Shown: positions 36,001-47,900 of the stretch, one piece after another
Layout: each line of letters opens with the position of its first letter
Numbering within the stretch: position 1 is the stretch's first letter
From: Leucoraja erinacea
Taxonomy: Eukaryota
NCBI RefSeq assembly: GCF_028641065.1
Contig: NC_073392.1
Location: forward strand, 24,800,001 to 24,864,000
Direction of reading: 5' to 3'
Length of the DNA stretch: 64,000 nucleotides
Made by a program: the position numbers and the translations under genes
Notes under the pieces: model-generated
What the model was told of the DNA's origin: nothing
Databases searched by the model: none
The model's input: only the letters and a program-made list of their open reading frames with translations

Positions 36001-39000
36001 ACCATCAGGAAGACGGTACAGGAGCCTGAAAACTGTGATCTCCGGGTTCAAGATATGGGCCAAACGCAAGCAGTTGGGATATCAACCTGGAAAGGGCGCA
36101 CAGAAGATTTACGAGGATGTGGCCGGGACTCAAGGGCCTCAGCTACAGGGAGAGGTTGGACAGGCTAGGACTCTACTCCTTGGAGCACAGAAGGATGAGG
36201 GGTGATCTCATAGAGGTTTTGCAAAATCGTGAGGGGAATAGATCGGGTAAACAAACAGTCTCTTGCCCAGAGTAGGGGAATCGAAAAGCAGAGAACATAG
36301 GTTTAAGGTGAGGAGGGAAAGATTTAATAGGAACCTGAGAGGTAACGTTTTTTATACAAAGGGTAGTGGGTGTATGGAACGAGCTGCTAGAGTAGGTAGT
36401 TGAGGCAGGTACTAACGCAACATTTAAGAAACGTTTAGACAAGTACGTGGATAGGAAAGGATTGGAGGGATATTGGCCCTCACAGGCAGGCGGGACTAGT
36501 GTAGATGGGATATGTTGGTCGTTGTGGACAGGTTGGGCTGAAGGGCCTGTTTCCAGGCTGTATGTCTCTGTGACTCCAAGTAAGAATCTGATTGTTCTGT
36601 TGCCGGTACACGTGACAATCAAACACTCGACGTTTCTTGAGGGATCAGCTGAGGTACACGAAGTGATTAACACCCTTGCTGTTCCTTGAAGCTGTTCCCC
36701 ACTCCCTGGCACCAAACCCCCAGTCAATGCCCAATGTCCACATTCACAGGACCATAGAGTCATACAGTGTGGAAACAGGCCCTTTGGCCCAAACTGCACA
36801 TGCCGACCAACATGGTTCTTAAAAGTTGCGATAGTGCCTGCCTCAACTACCTCCTCCGGTAGCCCGTTCTATACATCCACCACCCTCTGTGTAAAAAAAG
36901 TTACCCCTCAGGTTCCTATTAAATCTTTCCCTCCTCGTCTTAAACCTATGTTCTCTGCTTTTCGATTCCCCTACTCTGGGCAAGAGACTGTGTGTCCGAT
37001 CTATTCCCCTCACGATTTTGCAAAACCTCTATAAGATCACCCCTCACCCTTCTGCGCTCCAAGGAGTAGAGTCCTAGCCTGTCCGGCCTCTCCCTATAGC
37101 ACAGACCCTCGAGTCCTGGTAAATCTTCTCTGCACCCTTTCCTGCTTGACAACATCTTTCCTATAAAATGGTGCCCAAAACTGAACACAATACTCTAAAT
37201 GTGGCCTGACCAACGTTTTATATAACTGCAGCATGAAATCCCAATTTCTACACTCAATACCCTGACTGATGAAGGCCAATGTGCCAAAACCCTTCTTGAT
37301 CAACCTATCGACCTGTGGTGCCACTTTCAGGGAACTATGTACCTGGGGAACACAAAAATGCTGGAGAAACTCAGCGGGGCAGCAGCATCTATGGAGCAAA
37401 TGAAATAGGCAACGTTTCGGGCCGAAACCTTTCTCCAGCATTGTTGTGTACTTTCAATTTTTCAGCATCTGCAGTTCCTTCTTAAAAACTATGTACCTGC
37501 ACTCCTAGATCCCTCTGCTCTACACCACTCCCCATTGCTCTACCATTCTCCGTGTTAGTTCAAGAAGCTTTTGTTCCAAACCTTGTGGATGTCCACACGG
37601 AGTTGCCGGCTGAAACGGTTTATCGCTCGGCGCAGGTAGGACTCAAACTCAGCCTCCATCTTCTCTCTGTGGAGCGGGGAACAGGAGGTGAGCAGCCCAG
37701 AGCGTGGATTGGATTTAAAATTTGATTTATACAAGCAATGGATTGGATGGCTTGTAGATAGTACTTTCAAAAACTTCAACCACAAGAACCTTTTAAAACC
37801 TTGTCATTGTTGTGATGCAAGTTCCCACACACGGCAAAGCAGGGATTATCTGTTGACATCAGAGTGGTCGAAGTAAGCATCGCCCTCAGAAGCATCTTTA
37901 ACCAAGGCCTCCCACATTGCAGTGGTCCCTCAGCACCGCCCCTCCCTCAGTACCGTCCCTCTTCCCATGGCGCTCCCTAGTAACTCACGGACCTGCTCTT
38001 CCTCTCCTTGGCACGCAGTGGAGTTTCAATCTCAATCTCCAGTGGTTGCTCCGGGAGGGAGGGTTCTGGAAGTGGCGGAGGTTCTTCTGGATCCTCGAGC
38101 AGCTCTGTCAGGAGAGGATGAGGACATTAAAACTGGCACTGGCATTGTTGGCATCACTCACCCACCCACCCGGCAATACCCAGTAGCTTGAAATCAGGAG
38201 CATACGAGTAGGACACAGAGTGAAGCTCCCTCTACACCGTCCCATCACACACTCCCGGGATCAGACACATAGTGAAGATCCCCCCAGGATGAAAGTGAAG
38301 CTGAGTGAATGATTGGCCATGATTTGGTTGATAACTGAAGCAGGCACGAAGGGCCGAATGGCCTACAGCCACTCCCGTTAGGTGGGTATCAGCTGGGTGT
38401 TGTGTTTCACCGCTGGGCATTCCTCGCTGCCTGGCAACTCACCTTCCACCTCCTGCCACTCTTCTTCGCTTTCCTCCGTTGTATTCTCTGTCTCCTTCTC
38501 ATGGCCTGTCAAACTGGCATAGGGGAGATGTTAGACACACAGTGCCACAGTACAGAAACAGACCCTTCGGCCCAACATGTCTATGCTAAACTCGTTTGCT
38601 CCATATCTCTCTAACCTTTCTTATCCATGTACCCATCCAATTGTTATTTTACCTCCCGCAAACCACTTCCTTTGGCAGCTCAAAAGGACACAGAGTGCTG
38701 GAGTAACTCAGCAGCTCAGGCAGCATCTCCGGAGAACATGGATAGGTGACGTTTCAGGTTGAGACCCATCTTCTGGAAGCTCGTTCCATATACCCACTGC
38801 GACAAAAAATCCCTATTAAATATTTCCCCTCTCATCTTAAATCTATGCCCTATAGGTCTTGAATCCCGTAACCCGTATTACAACACTAATGGTTTGGGAA
38901 CGTGTTTCCTGTGATAGATAGAGTCATAGAGCAGAGAAACAGGCCCTTCGGCTCAACTTGTCTATAACGACCAAGATACTCCATCTATGGCAGTCCCACC

Positions 39001-42000
39001 TGTCCATGTTTGGCTCATATCCCTCTAAACCGTTTCTATCCATGTTTCTGTCCAACTGTTTTTCAAATGTTGTTATTGTACCTGCCTCAACTTCTTCCTC
39101 TGACAGCTTGTTCCATATACACACCACCCTGTATGTGAAAATGTTCCTGTTAAAACCTTTCCAATCTCACCTTAAACCTATGTACTCTGGTTATTCATTC
39201 CCCTACTCTGGGTGAAAGACTTCATGCATTCACCCTATCTATTCCTCATGATTTTATACACCTCTCTATAAGATCACCCCTCATCCTCTTGCGTTCCAAG
39301 GAATAAACTCCTCACCTGTCCAACCTCTCCCTATTGCTCAGCCTCTTGTATCCTGGCAATATCCTCGTGAAACGTTTCTGCACTTGTTGCAACTTAATGA
39401 CATCCTTCATGGAGCAGGTGACCATAGCTAGGACAACCCCGTTTTTTTAAAGAGATACAGCATGGAAACAGGCCTTCGACCCTGTGAATCCGTGCTGACC
39501 ATTGATCACCCGTACATTAGTTCTGTCCTACACATTACTGACTATTTACAGAAGCCAATTAACCTGCATACCTGCAAACCACCTACAAGATGTCTTTGGA
39601 GTGTGGGAGGAAACTGAGGCACCCGGAGGAATCCTATACGGTCACAGGGAGACGTGCAAACTCTGTACAGGCAGCGACCATAATCAGGATCGAACCTGGA
39701 TCTCTGGTACTAAACGGCAGCAACTCTACCGCTGCGCAGTTGTGCCTCCAACCTTGTTCTTTGTTCATCATTGGTGCCAAGCTCCCAGTAAACAAAAGGT
39801 GTCTGCAGAGACTCAATCTCTCTGTTTCCGAGTTGCTCAAAGTTCTGGCCTAATGTCCGGTCAAGTGTCCCACACACGAGGGACAATTTACAATTTTTAC
39901 CAAAGCCAATTAACCTACAAACCTAGGATAGACACACATTGCTGGAGTAATTCAGCAGGACAAGCAGCATCTCTGGAGAGAAGGAATGGTGACGTTTTGG
40001 GTCGAGACCCTTCTTTAGACTTCTTTATTTACTCCAGCATTGTGTGTCTATCTTTGGTTTAAACCAGCATCTGCAGTTCTTTCTTACACATTTAACCTAC
40101 AAACCTAAACAGAAACATAGAAAATAGGTGCAGGAGGAGGCCATTCGGCCCTTTGTGCCAGCACCGCCATACATTGTGATCATGGCTGATTATCCACAAT
40201 CAGTAACCCGTGCCTGGCTTCTCCCCATACCCCTTGATTCCGCCAGCCCCAAGAGCTTTGTTATACGTCTTTGGAGTGCAGGAGGAAGCATGAGGAAGCT
40301 GAAGCTCCCTGAGAAAACATACGCAGTCAAAAGGCGAATGTACAAACTCTGCACAGGCAGCACCATTAATCAAAATCGAACCCAGGTCTCTACCACTGTG
40401 AGGTAGCAACTACTGCTGAGCCACTGTGCCGCCCTCATCTGATCTGTTTGGTTAGCATGCAAAACAAAGCTTTTCACTATACCTCGGTACACATGGCAAC
40501 AACCAACCTATACCTACCTCACCATCCCTCATCATAATCTAACCATCTCACAGACTGAAGCCTACCTTGCCACAGTTCCTCTGCCTCCTGCTCTGTCCCC
40601 CGCTCCCTCCTTCACCACAGAAGTTCCTCTCTTCCCTCCGCCCTCTGATGATTTTCTCTTCGCCGTCTTCTTGTGCTGTGCTCCCTTCCCACAGACCTTT
40701 GGCTTCAACTGAGGCTTTTCCGGCTCGAAGTCCTGACTATCGTCACCTGTTCATTGGGAGCAGAAGGAAGAAGCATCAGAACAGGAAAAATATCAGCTGT
40801 TTTATTCTTTGGCAATAGTGGTCTCATAGTCAAGGTACTGTTAAGTGTAATTTGTTGTGTTGTTGTATTAGACATTAGAGATACAGCATGAAACAGGCCC
40901 TCAGCCCACCCCATACACTAGCACAATCCTGCACACTGGGGACAAGTTGCAATGTACAGAAGTCAACTAACATACAAACCCTTACGTCTTTGCAGTCTGG
41001 GAGGAAACTGCAGCATCTGTCAAGTCAAGTCAAGTTTATTCGTCACATACACATACGAGATGTCCAGTGAAATAAAAAGTGGCAATGCCCGCGGACTTTG
41101 TGCAAAAAACAAACAAACAAACTACAAACAGAATGGAACAGAATCACATATTCTTTTACATATTAAATATTGCGGGCGGAAGGAAAAAGGGGAAAAAAAC
41201 AGCAATTTAAAAAAAAAACAGTAGACCCACTGGAGAAGACCCACGCGGTCATGGGGAGAACGTGCAAACTCCATATAGCCAGCACCCCTAGTCAAGATCG
41301 AACGCAGGTCTCTGACGCTGCAAGGCAGCAACTCTACCGCTGCACCACTGTGCTGCCCAAATAATGTGTCTATAATGCTGCAGCGTCAGAATTTTACATG
41401 TGCTGGTCATGGTGCATATGGCAAACACACAACTCCTAACTTTACTCCACAGACTACAGGTAGAGAATTCCAAAGATTCACCACCCTCTGAGTGAAGATA
41501 TGTCTCCTCATCTCAGTCCTGAATGGCAGATCATTATTTTCCGACTGTTAGCTTTGGTCCAAGACCAGTCACCATCACAGCTGTTGAGACGGTTAAGAAT
41601 TTTGTAAATGTTACTGAGACCACAACTGTACACAACACTGCAGGTGTATTTGCCACCATGGCTCGGTATAAACACCTCCTCCTTCCTGTCACCAAACCAT
41701 CTCATACACATACCCCGTTGCCTCTTAACCATTTTCTGCACCTGCACATTAGCCTTTGGTGACATTTAAACAAGGACATTCCCTTCATCACAAAAATGTT
41801 TTTCCTGAAATCAAATCCCAGATTTCCTGGAATTTGATGGTATTTCCTGAAATTTTCAAAATGCTTCCTGCGTGCTATTTGTTGGGTTTTTTTTGTGGGC
41901 ACACGTTAAAAACACAAAGAAGAACAAGGCAAAACAGATCTATGTAACTACACCGTATCTGCCTGTTTCTGTTTCTCACTTGTTCAGTGTTATGAAAGGT

Positions 42001-44450
42001 AGCTTTTGTTATCTTCGTTTTTTCAACCTGCTCTCATGTGTCTCAGTCTCTGCTCTCTCTCCCTCCCTCTCTTCGTCTCTCCATCCCTCTCCCCCCCTCT
42101 CCCCATCCCACTCTCCATCCCTCTCTCCCTCCCTCCCACTCACCCTCTCTCTCACCCTCCCTCCCCTCTCTCTCCACCTCCCTCCCCCTTTCCCTCCCTC
42201 TCTCTTCCTCACTTTTTTTTCCCCTCCCTCCCTCTCTTCTCCCTCTCTCCCTTCCTCCTTGTCCCTCACTCCCTCACCTCTCCAACCTCTCCATCCCTCC
42301 CTCTCTGCCCCTTGAATCCACCCACCTTTCTGCAAAATCAAGGCCAATCCCAATATAACTGCAATCCCACTGGTAACCTTTCACCCCTAGGCTTATCCAG
42401 AATTCTACCACTGCCTGAAAAATAATCAAAGGCTCAACTTCCACTGAGAAAGAGAATTCCAAAGACTCATTGTTATACGAGAATTTTTTCGAACAGTCTG
42501 TGACCCATAGCGCTGTGGCCATAGCGCTATGTGTAAAGCCCATAGCACTCCAGCCAGTAGCGCTACATTTAGAACCCATAGGACTGCAGCCTACAGCTCT
42601 TTGTTTAAATTCCCACGCGTTAAACTGACAGCGCTCTGTTTAAACCTTTGAGCGCCAAACTGGCAGTGCTGTGTGTATTAAGGGCCTGTCCCATTTAGGT
42701 GACTTTTTAGGCGAGTGCAGGAGACTCTGCACTCGCCTCATGATCGCCACATGTTTGCTGGTGGTCTCTGGTGAGTCGCCTTCATGGTCGAGAGGAGTTC
42801 CCGCATTCTGGGAACTAGTCGTGGCCTCAGTATGGTCGCAGCAAATTTTTCAACATGTTGAAAATTTTTCTGAGACCAAAAATTGGTCGCCATGGAGAAA
42901 ATCGATACTTTTGTAGTCGTAGGTGCAGTGGTAGTGGGGTTGCCATGTAGCCGAAGGTAGTCGAGGTAGCCGTAGGTAGTTTTAGCTAATCTCTTTTGCT
43001 GACCAGGCATTTTTATTGGGTCATTGGGGAAAACAAACATAAGCACAAGTTTTCAGAACCAAGGAAACCTGACCAGTAATGTTAAATGCCAGCTAAACTA
43101 TACAGCTGTGTATCTCTGGCTTATTAAAAGTTGTCTGGCTTCTTAAATGTGTCTCCACTCCTTCCACCCCCCTTTCTCCCCCCCCCCCCCCCAGCTCTTT
43201 TAAAGGACTTACTGTACACTGTGCTAGCCGTCTTTAATCTTTCTGTTCATCGCAGTGTGTGTCTGTATCACCTTGGCTTTGCACCATGTGAATTTCAGAC
43301 AGCGCTCCCCCGCTTTACCTGGCCCCCGTCTTTGCGATGTGTTTGAACTTGTGTGTGTGTGAGTGTTCCGCTCTGACGGTCACCGTTCCAGCGTGAAGGT
43401 CGCAGGCAAGTCCGCTGAAAAGTCACCTAAGTGGGGCAGGCCCGTTACCTTTACACTCTTTCGCGGGCCAGAAATCGGAAATTTCCCGAAATTGTTCAAT
43501 TTCCCTAAAATTGCCCGAAGACAACCAGAATTTCGGGTAATTTCCTTCAAAGTGGAAACACTGACTGGACAATCCTCCCTTAAACTAGATTACAGTCCCC
43601 ATCTTCCAACCTACCTCTTTGGGAACTTGCATTGTACCCTGGTATTTTTATCTTTACATTAACTTTTGTACCCTTCTGTATAAGTTCATGTGTCATAAGA
43701 GCAGAATTTGGCCATTCGGTCCATCGAGTCTACTCTGTCATTCACTCATGGCTGATCTATCCTTCCCTCCCAACCCCATTCTCCTACCTCTTCCCGTAAG
43801 TTTTGACACCATTATTGATCTTTTTAATTTATTGTATTGATTATTATTTTTTTATTTGTGTTATCGCTTTAATTGGCCTGTTAAGCTGCAGCAAGTAAGA
43901 ATTTCATTGTTCTGCTGTGGGTGCATATGACGATTAAACATTCCTGATTCTTGAAACCATCTCCAACCAGTAAATAGATACTGCTGAACTACTGAAATAC
44001 AGTAGAAACAAAGAACTGCAGATGCTGGTTTATACCAAAGATAGATACAAAGCTGGAGTAATTCAGCAGTTCAGGCAGCATCTCTGCAGACAAAGGATGG
44101 GTGACGTTTCAGATCTGGTCCCTTCTTCTTCTGACTGAAAAGAGAGAGTGGGGCGGGGGATGAAGAAGGATTCAAATGGTACAATAGTTCAGGCATCTGT
44201 TCTTCCCGATGATGCAGTGGCTTTACTTCCAGCTGCACAGAAATCGATGGAATGTTAGACATTTTGAACTGTGTACTACAAAGTTAATGAAAGAAAAGTA
44301 ACTTTTAGGTTAGTTACCAGGATGCTGGTGATTTGCAGATTTTGCACTCTTCGCTGAACACCCTTCGGCCCGTTGAGTTCTGCACTCCCCTTTCACTCTT
44401 TTTCTGTGATTCTGGGCTGGAGACTGAGTTGACACTTTCCTCTTGGCCAT
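23869..44450 (-). CDS. XPC: XPC (Rad4 family) DNA-damage recognition factor, 16 exons; ~908 aa if the 2-nt surplus in exon 7 is removed, otherwise truncated at 266 aa
   Basis: Motifs [107 protein letters not shown]-terminal HLFPFEKL. Confidence 0.96.
24933..25022 (-). CDS. XPC: XPC exon 15 (centrin-binding helix)
   Basis: tgtag|AAG CGG ... AAC CAG|gtaccg; [27 protein letters not shown]. Confidence 0.95.
25623..25716 (-). CDS. XPC: XPC exon 14
   Basis: gacag|A ATG GAC GGC TAC ... GAG CAG|gtgagt; DGYVVCEE. Confidence 0.94.
25771..26186 (+). mobile_element. V-SINE with nested Penelope-derived fragment
   Basis: A/B boxes and V-domain; CTGAAGAAGGG...GAAACGTC insert at ~26057-26111. Confidence 0.8.
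26769..26938 (-). CDS. XPC: XPC exon 13 (BHD3)
   Basis: tacag|GTG CCG CGG ... CCA AT|gtatgg. Confidence 0.95.
27152..27286 (-). CDS. XPC: XPC exon 12
   Basis: tacag|ATG GTG AAG ... GGG AAG|gtaagc. Confidence 0.95.
27738..27828 (+). mobile_element. Penelope-derived ~90-bp insertion with 14-bp direct repeat and hammerhead-like core
   Basis: GACCTCTATCTAAG at 27724-27737 and 27829-27842. Confidence 0.8.
27739..27766 (+). ncRNA. Minimal hammerhead ribozyme-like motif
   Basis: CUGAAGA-a-GGGU(UUCG)GCCC-GAAA-CG-UU; cleavage activity untested. Confidence 0.55.
28250..28560 (-). mobile_element. Rex1/Babar RT fragment
   Basis: [32 protein letters not shown]. Confidence 0.85.
28971..29052 (-). CDS. 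XPC: XPC exon 11
   Basis: ttcag|G GAC TGC ... TGC AAG|gtggga. Confidence 0.95.
29916..30076 (-). CDS. XPC: XPC exon 10 (BHD1)
   Basis: accag|CTT CGC ... TCC CG|gtgagt. Confidence 0.95.
31259..32113 (-). CDS. XPC: XPC exon 9 (855 nt; disordered insert plus second half of the transglutaminase-like domain)
   Basis: tgcag|AAG ACC CCA ... CGC GAG|gtaggt; open throughout; [20 protein letters not shown]. Confidence 0.94.
32180..32385 (+). mobile_element. V-SINE (HE1-like)
   Basis: GTGGCGCAGCGGG..GGGTTCAATCC Pol III boxes plus V-domain. Confidence 0.8.
33084..33173 (-). CDS. XPC: XPC exon 8
   Basis: cacag|CTG TTC CTG ... AAG GCG|gtaaga. Confidence 0.94.
34117..34239 (-). CDS. XPC: XPC exon 7 (123 nt, 2 nt too long for its flanking phases)
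   Basis: tgcag|G TTT GAG ... GAG CTG GTT CAC|gtacgt; the 5' part (WFESAFVLD) and 3' part (AEELVH) lie in different frames. Confidence 0.88.
34290..34540. repeat. CA/CCCA-rich degenerate minisatellite upstream of the XPC exon 7 acceptor
   Basis: Repeated CACACTCTGACCCATCCAC / CCCAGCCACAGACCCAC units. Confidence 0.8.
35050..35572 (-). mobile_element. CR1 LINE 3' end abutting the XPC exon 6 donor
   Basis: [28 protein letters not shown] begins ~6 nt into the intron. Confidence 0.88.
35579..35736 (-). CDS. XPC: XPC exon 6
   Basis: tacag|ACG CAC CTC ... GCG TG|gtaagc. Confidence 0.95.
36085..36570 (+). mobile_element. CR1 LINE 3' end
   Basis: Degenerate RT tail plus CR1 3' UTR. Confidence 0.85.
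36755..37345 (-). mobile_element. CR1 LINE 3' end
   Basis: [29 protein letters not shown]. Confidence 0.88.
37582..37666 (-). CDS. XPC: XPC exon 5
   Basis: cacag|A GAG AAG ... CAC AAG|gtttgg; [13 protein letters not shown]. Confidence 0.95.
37993..38104 (-). CDS. XPC: XPC exon 4
   Basis: gacag|AG CTG ... AGC AG|gtccgt; [13 protein letters not shown]. Confidence 0.9.
38443..38513 (-). CDS. XPC: XPC exon 3 (acidic string [11 protein letters not shown])
   Basis: gccag|T TTG ACA ... GTG GAA G|gtgagt; phase-compatible with exons 2 and 4. Confidence 0.85.
40566..40746 (-). CDS. XPC: XPC exon 2
   Basis: aacag|GT GAC GAT ... GCA AG|gtaggc; open frame [12 protein letters not shown]. Confidence 0.8.
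42681..43444. mobile_element. PIF/Harbinger non-autonomous element (764 bp), ~27-bp TIRs, TTA TSD
   Basis: tta|AGGGCCTGTCCCATTTAGGTGACTTTT ... AAAAGTCACCTAAGTGGGGCAGGCCCG|tta. Confidence 0.88.
44318..44450 (-). CDS. XPC: XPC exon 1 coding part
   Basis: gagATGG; MAKRKVSTQ... CCT G|gtaact; 133 nt, phase 1. Confidence 0.82.
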
Positions 44451-44879
44451 CTCCGAGGCTCATGCAAATTCGGATAGGATGCAGTGTATGGATCGCAGCT
44501 TCTTATAATACCTTCCGCAAGGACTTGTGCAAACTGAGGGATACCACCTCTGTGTTGTAAACTGCAACAGCGGGCAGGGTCCTCCGGGCATGCGCAGCGC
44601 AGCGCGGCGTCCTCCCGGCCTCTGGGGGGCGCTCTGCGGGGAGGACGGGCGGCCTCAGCCGCATGGTGAAAAACGCTGCGAATTAACGGGGAGAACTTCG
44701 TTGTTGAACTCCGCGTCGATACCCGGCCCCGGGGGAGGGACGGGGCGGCCGGGAGGGCGAGGCCGGACGGGAGGGCGAGGCCGGACTTTGCGAGGCTTTA
44801 AGTCGCGGCTCCCGCCCGAAGGGACGAGACTGCGCATGCGCGGAGAGAGTCTCGCGCGAGTTGCCCCGGGAGACGGAGA
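44451..44879. promoter_or_regulatory. XPC/LSM3 bidirectional CpG-island promoter
   Basis: Divergent ATGs 430 bp apart; NRF1 palindrome TGCGCATGCGC 44831-44841; GCATGCGCA ~44588; GC boxes; 18-bp direct repeat GGGAGGGCGAGGCCGGAC x2. Confidence 0.85.
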
Positions 44880-44900
44880 ATGGCGGAGGAGGTGGAGCAG
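44880..44900 (+). CDS. LSM3: LSM3 exon 1 coding part
   Basis: ATG GCG GAG GAG GTG GAG CAG|gtgagg. Confidence 0.92.
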
Positions 44901-47900
44901 GTGAGGGGGAGGGGGACACACATGGTGGAGGGACAGAGGCGTGATGGGGGGAGAGAGGGAGGATGACGGAGGGAGAGGGGAGAGGACGAGTAAGAGAGTG
45001 AGGGAAGGACGGTGGATGATGGGGGAGGGTGAGGAGTGGGTGGAGAGGGGTGAGGGTGATGAGAGTAGGGAGGGGGGGATAGAGGGGGTGTGTTAGTGAG
45101 GGAGGCCAGGGTGAGATAGAGGGTGGGGAGTGGGAGGCTGAAGAAGTGAGGGTTGAGTTTGATGGTGGGGAGGAGTGAGGGATAAGGGACAGGAGTGAAG
45201 GGGTGAGTAGGGGAAAGAGTGTGTGTGTGTATGGGGGGGGGGGGGAGTAAGGGATGTATGGGGGACTAAGAGGGGGGAGTATGGAGAAGGTGATGGGGGT
45301 GAGGACAAGTGGGAAGGGGGGGCAGGAAGATAGGAAGGTGGCCTGAAGACTGCAACAACCAGGTTCAGGAATAGCTACTTCCCCACAGCCAGCAGGCTAT
45401 TAAACCTGGCTCGGACAAAACTGATTATTAATAACCATTTTCTGTTATTTGCACTTTATCATTTTATTTATTCATGTGTGTATATATTTATATCATGGTA
45501 TATGGACACACTTATCTGTTTTGTAGTAAATGCCTACTATGTTCTGTGTGCTGAAGCAAAGCAAGAATTTCATTGTCCTATACAGGGACACATGACAATA
45601 AACTCACTTGAACTTGAGATAGGGAGGGGGTAAACTAGGGAAGGGGGAGGGGGAGGGAGGACCAGTAAGGAGGGAGTGGGTGAGTGTGAAGAGGGGGTGA
45701 GGTGAGCAGGAGGGGCTAAGGGGTGAGGCAGGGAGTGAGTGTGGGAGGGTGAGAGGTGTGATAGAGGTGAGGGAGGCTGGGGAGGGGGAATGGGGAAGGA
45801 GAGGAGGAAGGAGCGGGACAGAAGGGGGGGAGGGGGAGCGATGGGGCGATGAAGGCATGAGGATGGGTGTTGAGCGAGTTAGGAGACAAGGTGGGAGTGG
45901 GAGGAAGAGGTACCAGGCAAACTAACGTCGTCAAAGGCTGACAACCCAGGGACCTGATGTTAAGATCTATGATCTTAAGGAAATGGCTTCAGAGAGAGAA
46001 GGGCTGGTTTGTAATCTATTAAAATTCTTCAGGATCTGGAGAAATCTCAGAGATGGGAAAATCACAAGGGAAAAGTCTCTACTCAAGAGAGGAGACAAAC
46101 TGAGCGGGAGTTAAGCCAATTAACCCAATGACTGGAAAAGTAGTGGAATTCATTAAGAAAATAATGGGACATTCAGAAAGTGGTACGACATTGGAGAAGT
46201 CCGCATGATTTTATGAAAAGGGAATCGTGCAAACATCTTTATCCTATTACATCCTCGAAGAAATAGATTATTGATTAATATGTGTAACAAATGTTATGGG
46301 GAGCAGGCAGGTGAATGTGGCTGAGAGGAAAAGACAGATCAGACATTATTGAATGGCAGAGTAGACTTGATGGGCCAAATGGCAATAGACAATAGGTGCT
46401 GGAGTAGGCCATTCGGCCCTTCGAGCCAGCACCGCCATTCAATGTGATCATGGCTGATCATCCCCGTTCCTGCCTTCTCCCCATATCCCCTGACCCCACA
46501 ATATTTAAGAGCCCTATCTAGCTCTCTTGAAAGTATCCAGAGAACTGGCCTCCACCGCCCTCTGAGGCAGAGAATTCCACAGACTCACAACTCTCTGTGA
46601 GGAAAAAGCCTCCTCTTCTCCGTCTAAATGGTTTACCCCTTGTTCTTAAACTGTGGCCCCTGGTTCTGGTATCCCCCAACATCGGGAACATGTTTCCTGC
46701 CTCTAGCATGTCCAAACACTTAACAATCTTATATGTTTCAATAAGATACCCTCTCATCCTTCTAAACTCCATAGTGTACAAGCCCAGCCACTCCAATCTC
46801 TCAGCATATGACAGTCCCGCCATCCCAAGAATTAACCTCGTAAGCCTACGCTGCACTCCCTCAATAGCAAGAATGTTCTTCCTCAAATTAGGGGACCAAA
46901 ACTGCACACAATACTCCATGTGTGGTCTCACTAGGGCCCTGTACAACTGCAGAAGAACCTCTTTGCTCCTATACTCAACTCCTCTTGTTATGAAGGCCAA
47001 CATGCAATTCGCTTTCTTCACTGCCTGCTATACCTGCATGCTTACTTTCATAGACTGATGAACAAGGACCCCCAGATCCCGTTGTACTTTCCCTTTTCCC
47101 AACTTGACACCATTTAGATAGTAATCTGCCTTCCTGTTTTTGATACCAAATGGATAACACCACATTTATCCACATTAAACTTAATCTGCCATGCATCTGC
47201 CCACTCATCCAACCTGTCCAAGTCACCCTGCATTCTCATAGCATCCTCCTCCCAGTTCAAAAATGTGTCTAGAAATGGGATTTTGTGACCCAAGTCACCA
47301 AACTACATGAAATCTTCACATATTGTGTAAAATAAATTATATAAATCACCCCTGAAACTCGATATGAAGAAGACTTTTTTATTAAATTAGAGAAAACCCG
47401 GACAATTTTCGGGTAATTTTTAGTCCAATCAAAGCACGTTTAACATTGAGTTGTCTGCCAGTTGGCCAATCACGCGCTTTGTTTCAGGCTAGCACACAAA
47501 ATGGCTACGGGGGCTTCACAGATGCCTATTTTACTGGAGATTCAGATTTGTTGTTCTGTGGAATAAATGTCGTGGAAAGTTGCAGCAGGTAATTTTATTT
47601 AGTGGGAAAAGCATTAAAAAGGCTGAAGAAAGTGCTGCGAAGTGGATTAAAGTGCAAGAAAGCCTTGAAAGCAAAGTCCCTGCTGAGGTCCTGGAACACA
47701 AAGATTTAGACAGCCAGGGACCAACTATAACTAAAAGGTAAAATCTAAAGTCTGAATTTATGAAAATCTATCTGTGAAGCCCCCTTAGCCATTTTGTGTG
47801 CTAGCCTGAAACAAAGCGCGTGATTGGCCAACTGGCAGACAACTCAATGTTAAACGTGCTTTGATTGGACTAAAAATTACCCGAAAATTGTCCGGGTTTT

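Noticed and set aside
38443-38505. Alternative XPC exon 3 acceptor (tttgacag|GC)
   Set aside because: Phase 1, incompatible with exon 2 ending in phase 2; the 38513 acceptor keeps the frame
45960-45978. Palindrome TTAAGATC-TAT-GATCTTAA resembling a P-like end (TAAGATCTATG)
   Set aside because: No partner terminus or 8-bp TSD found
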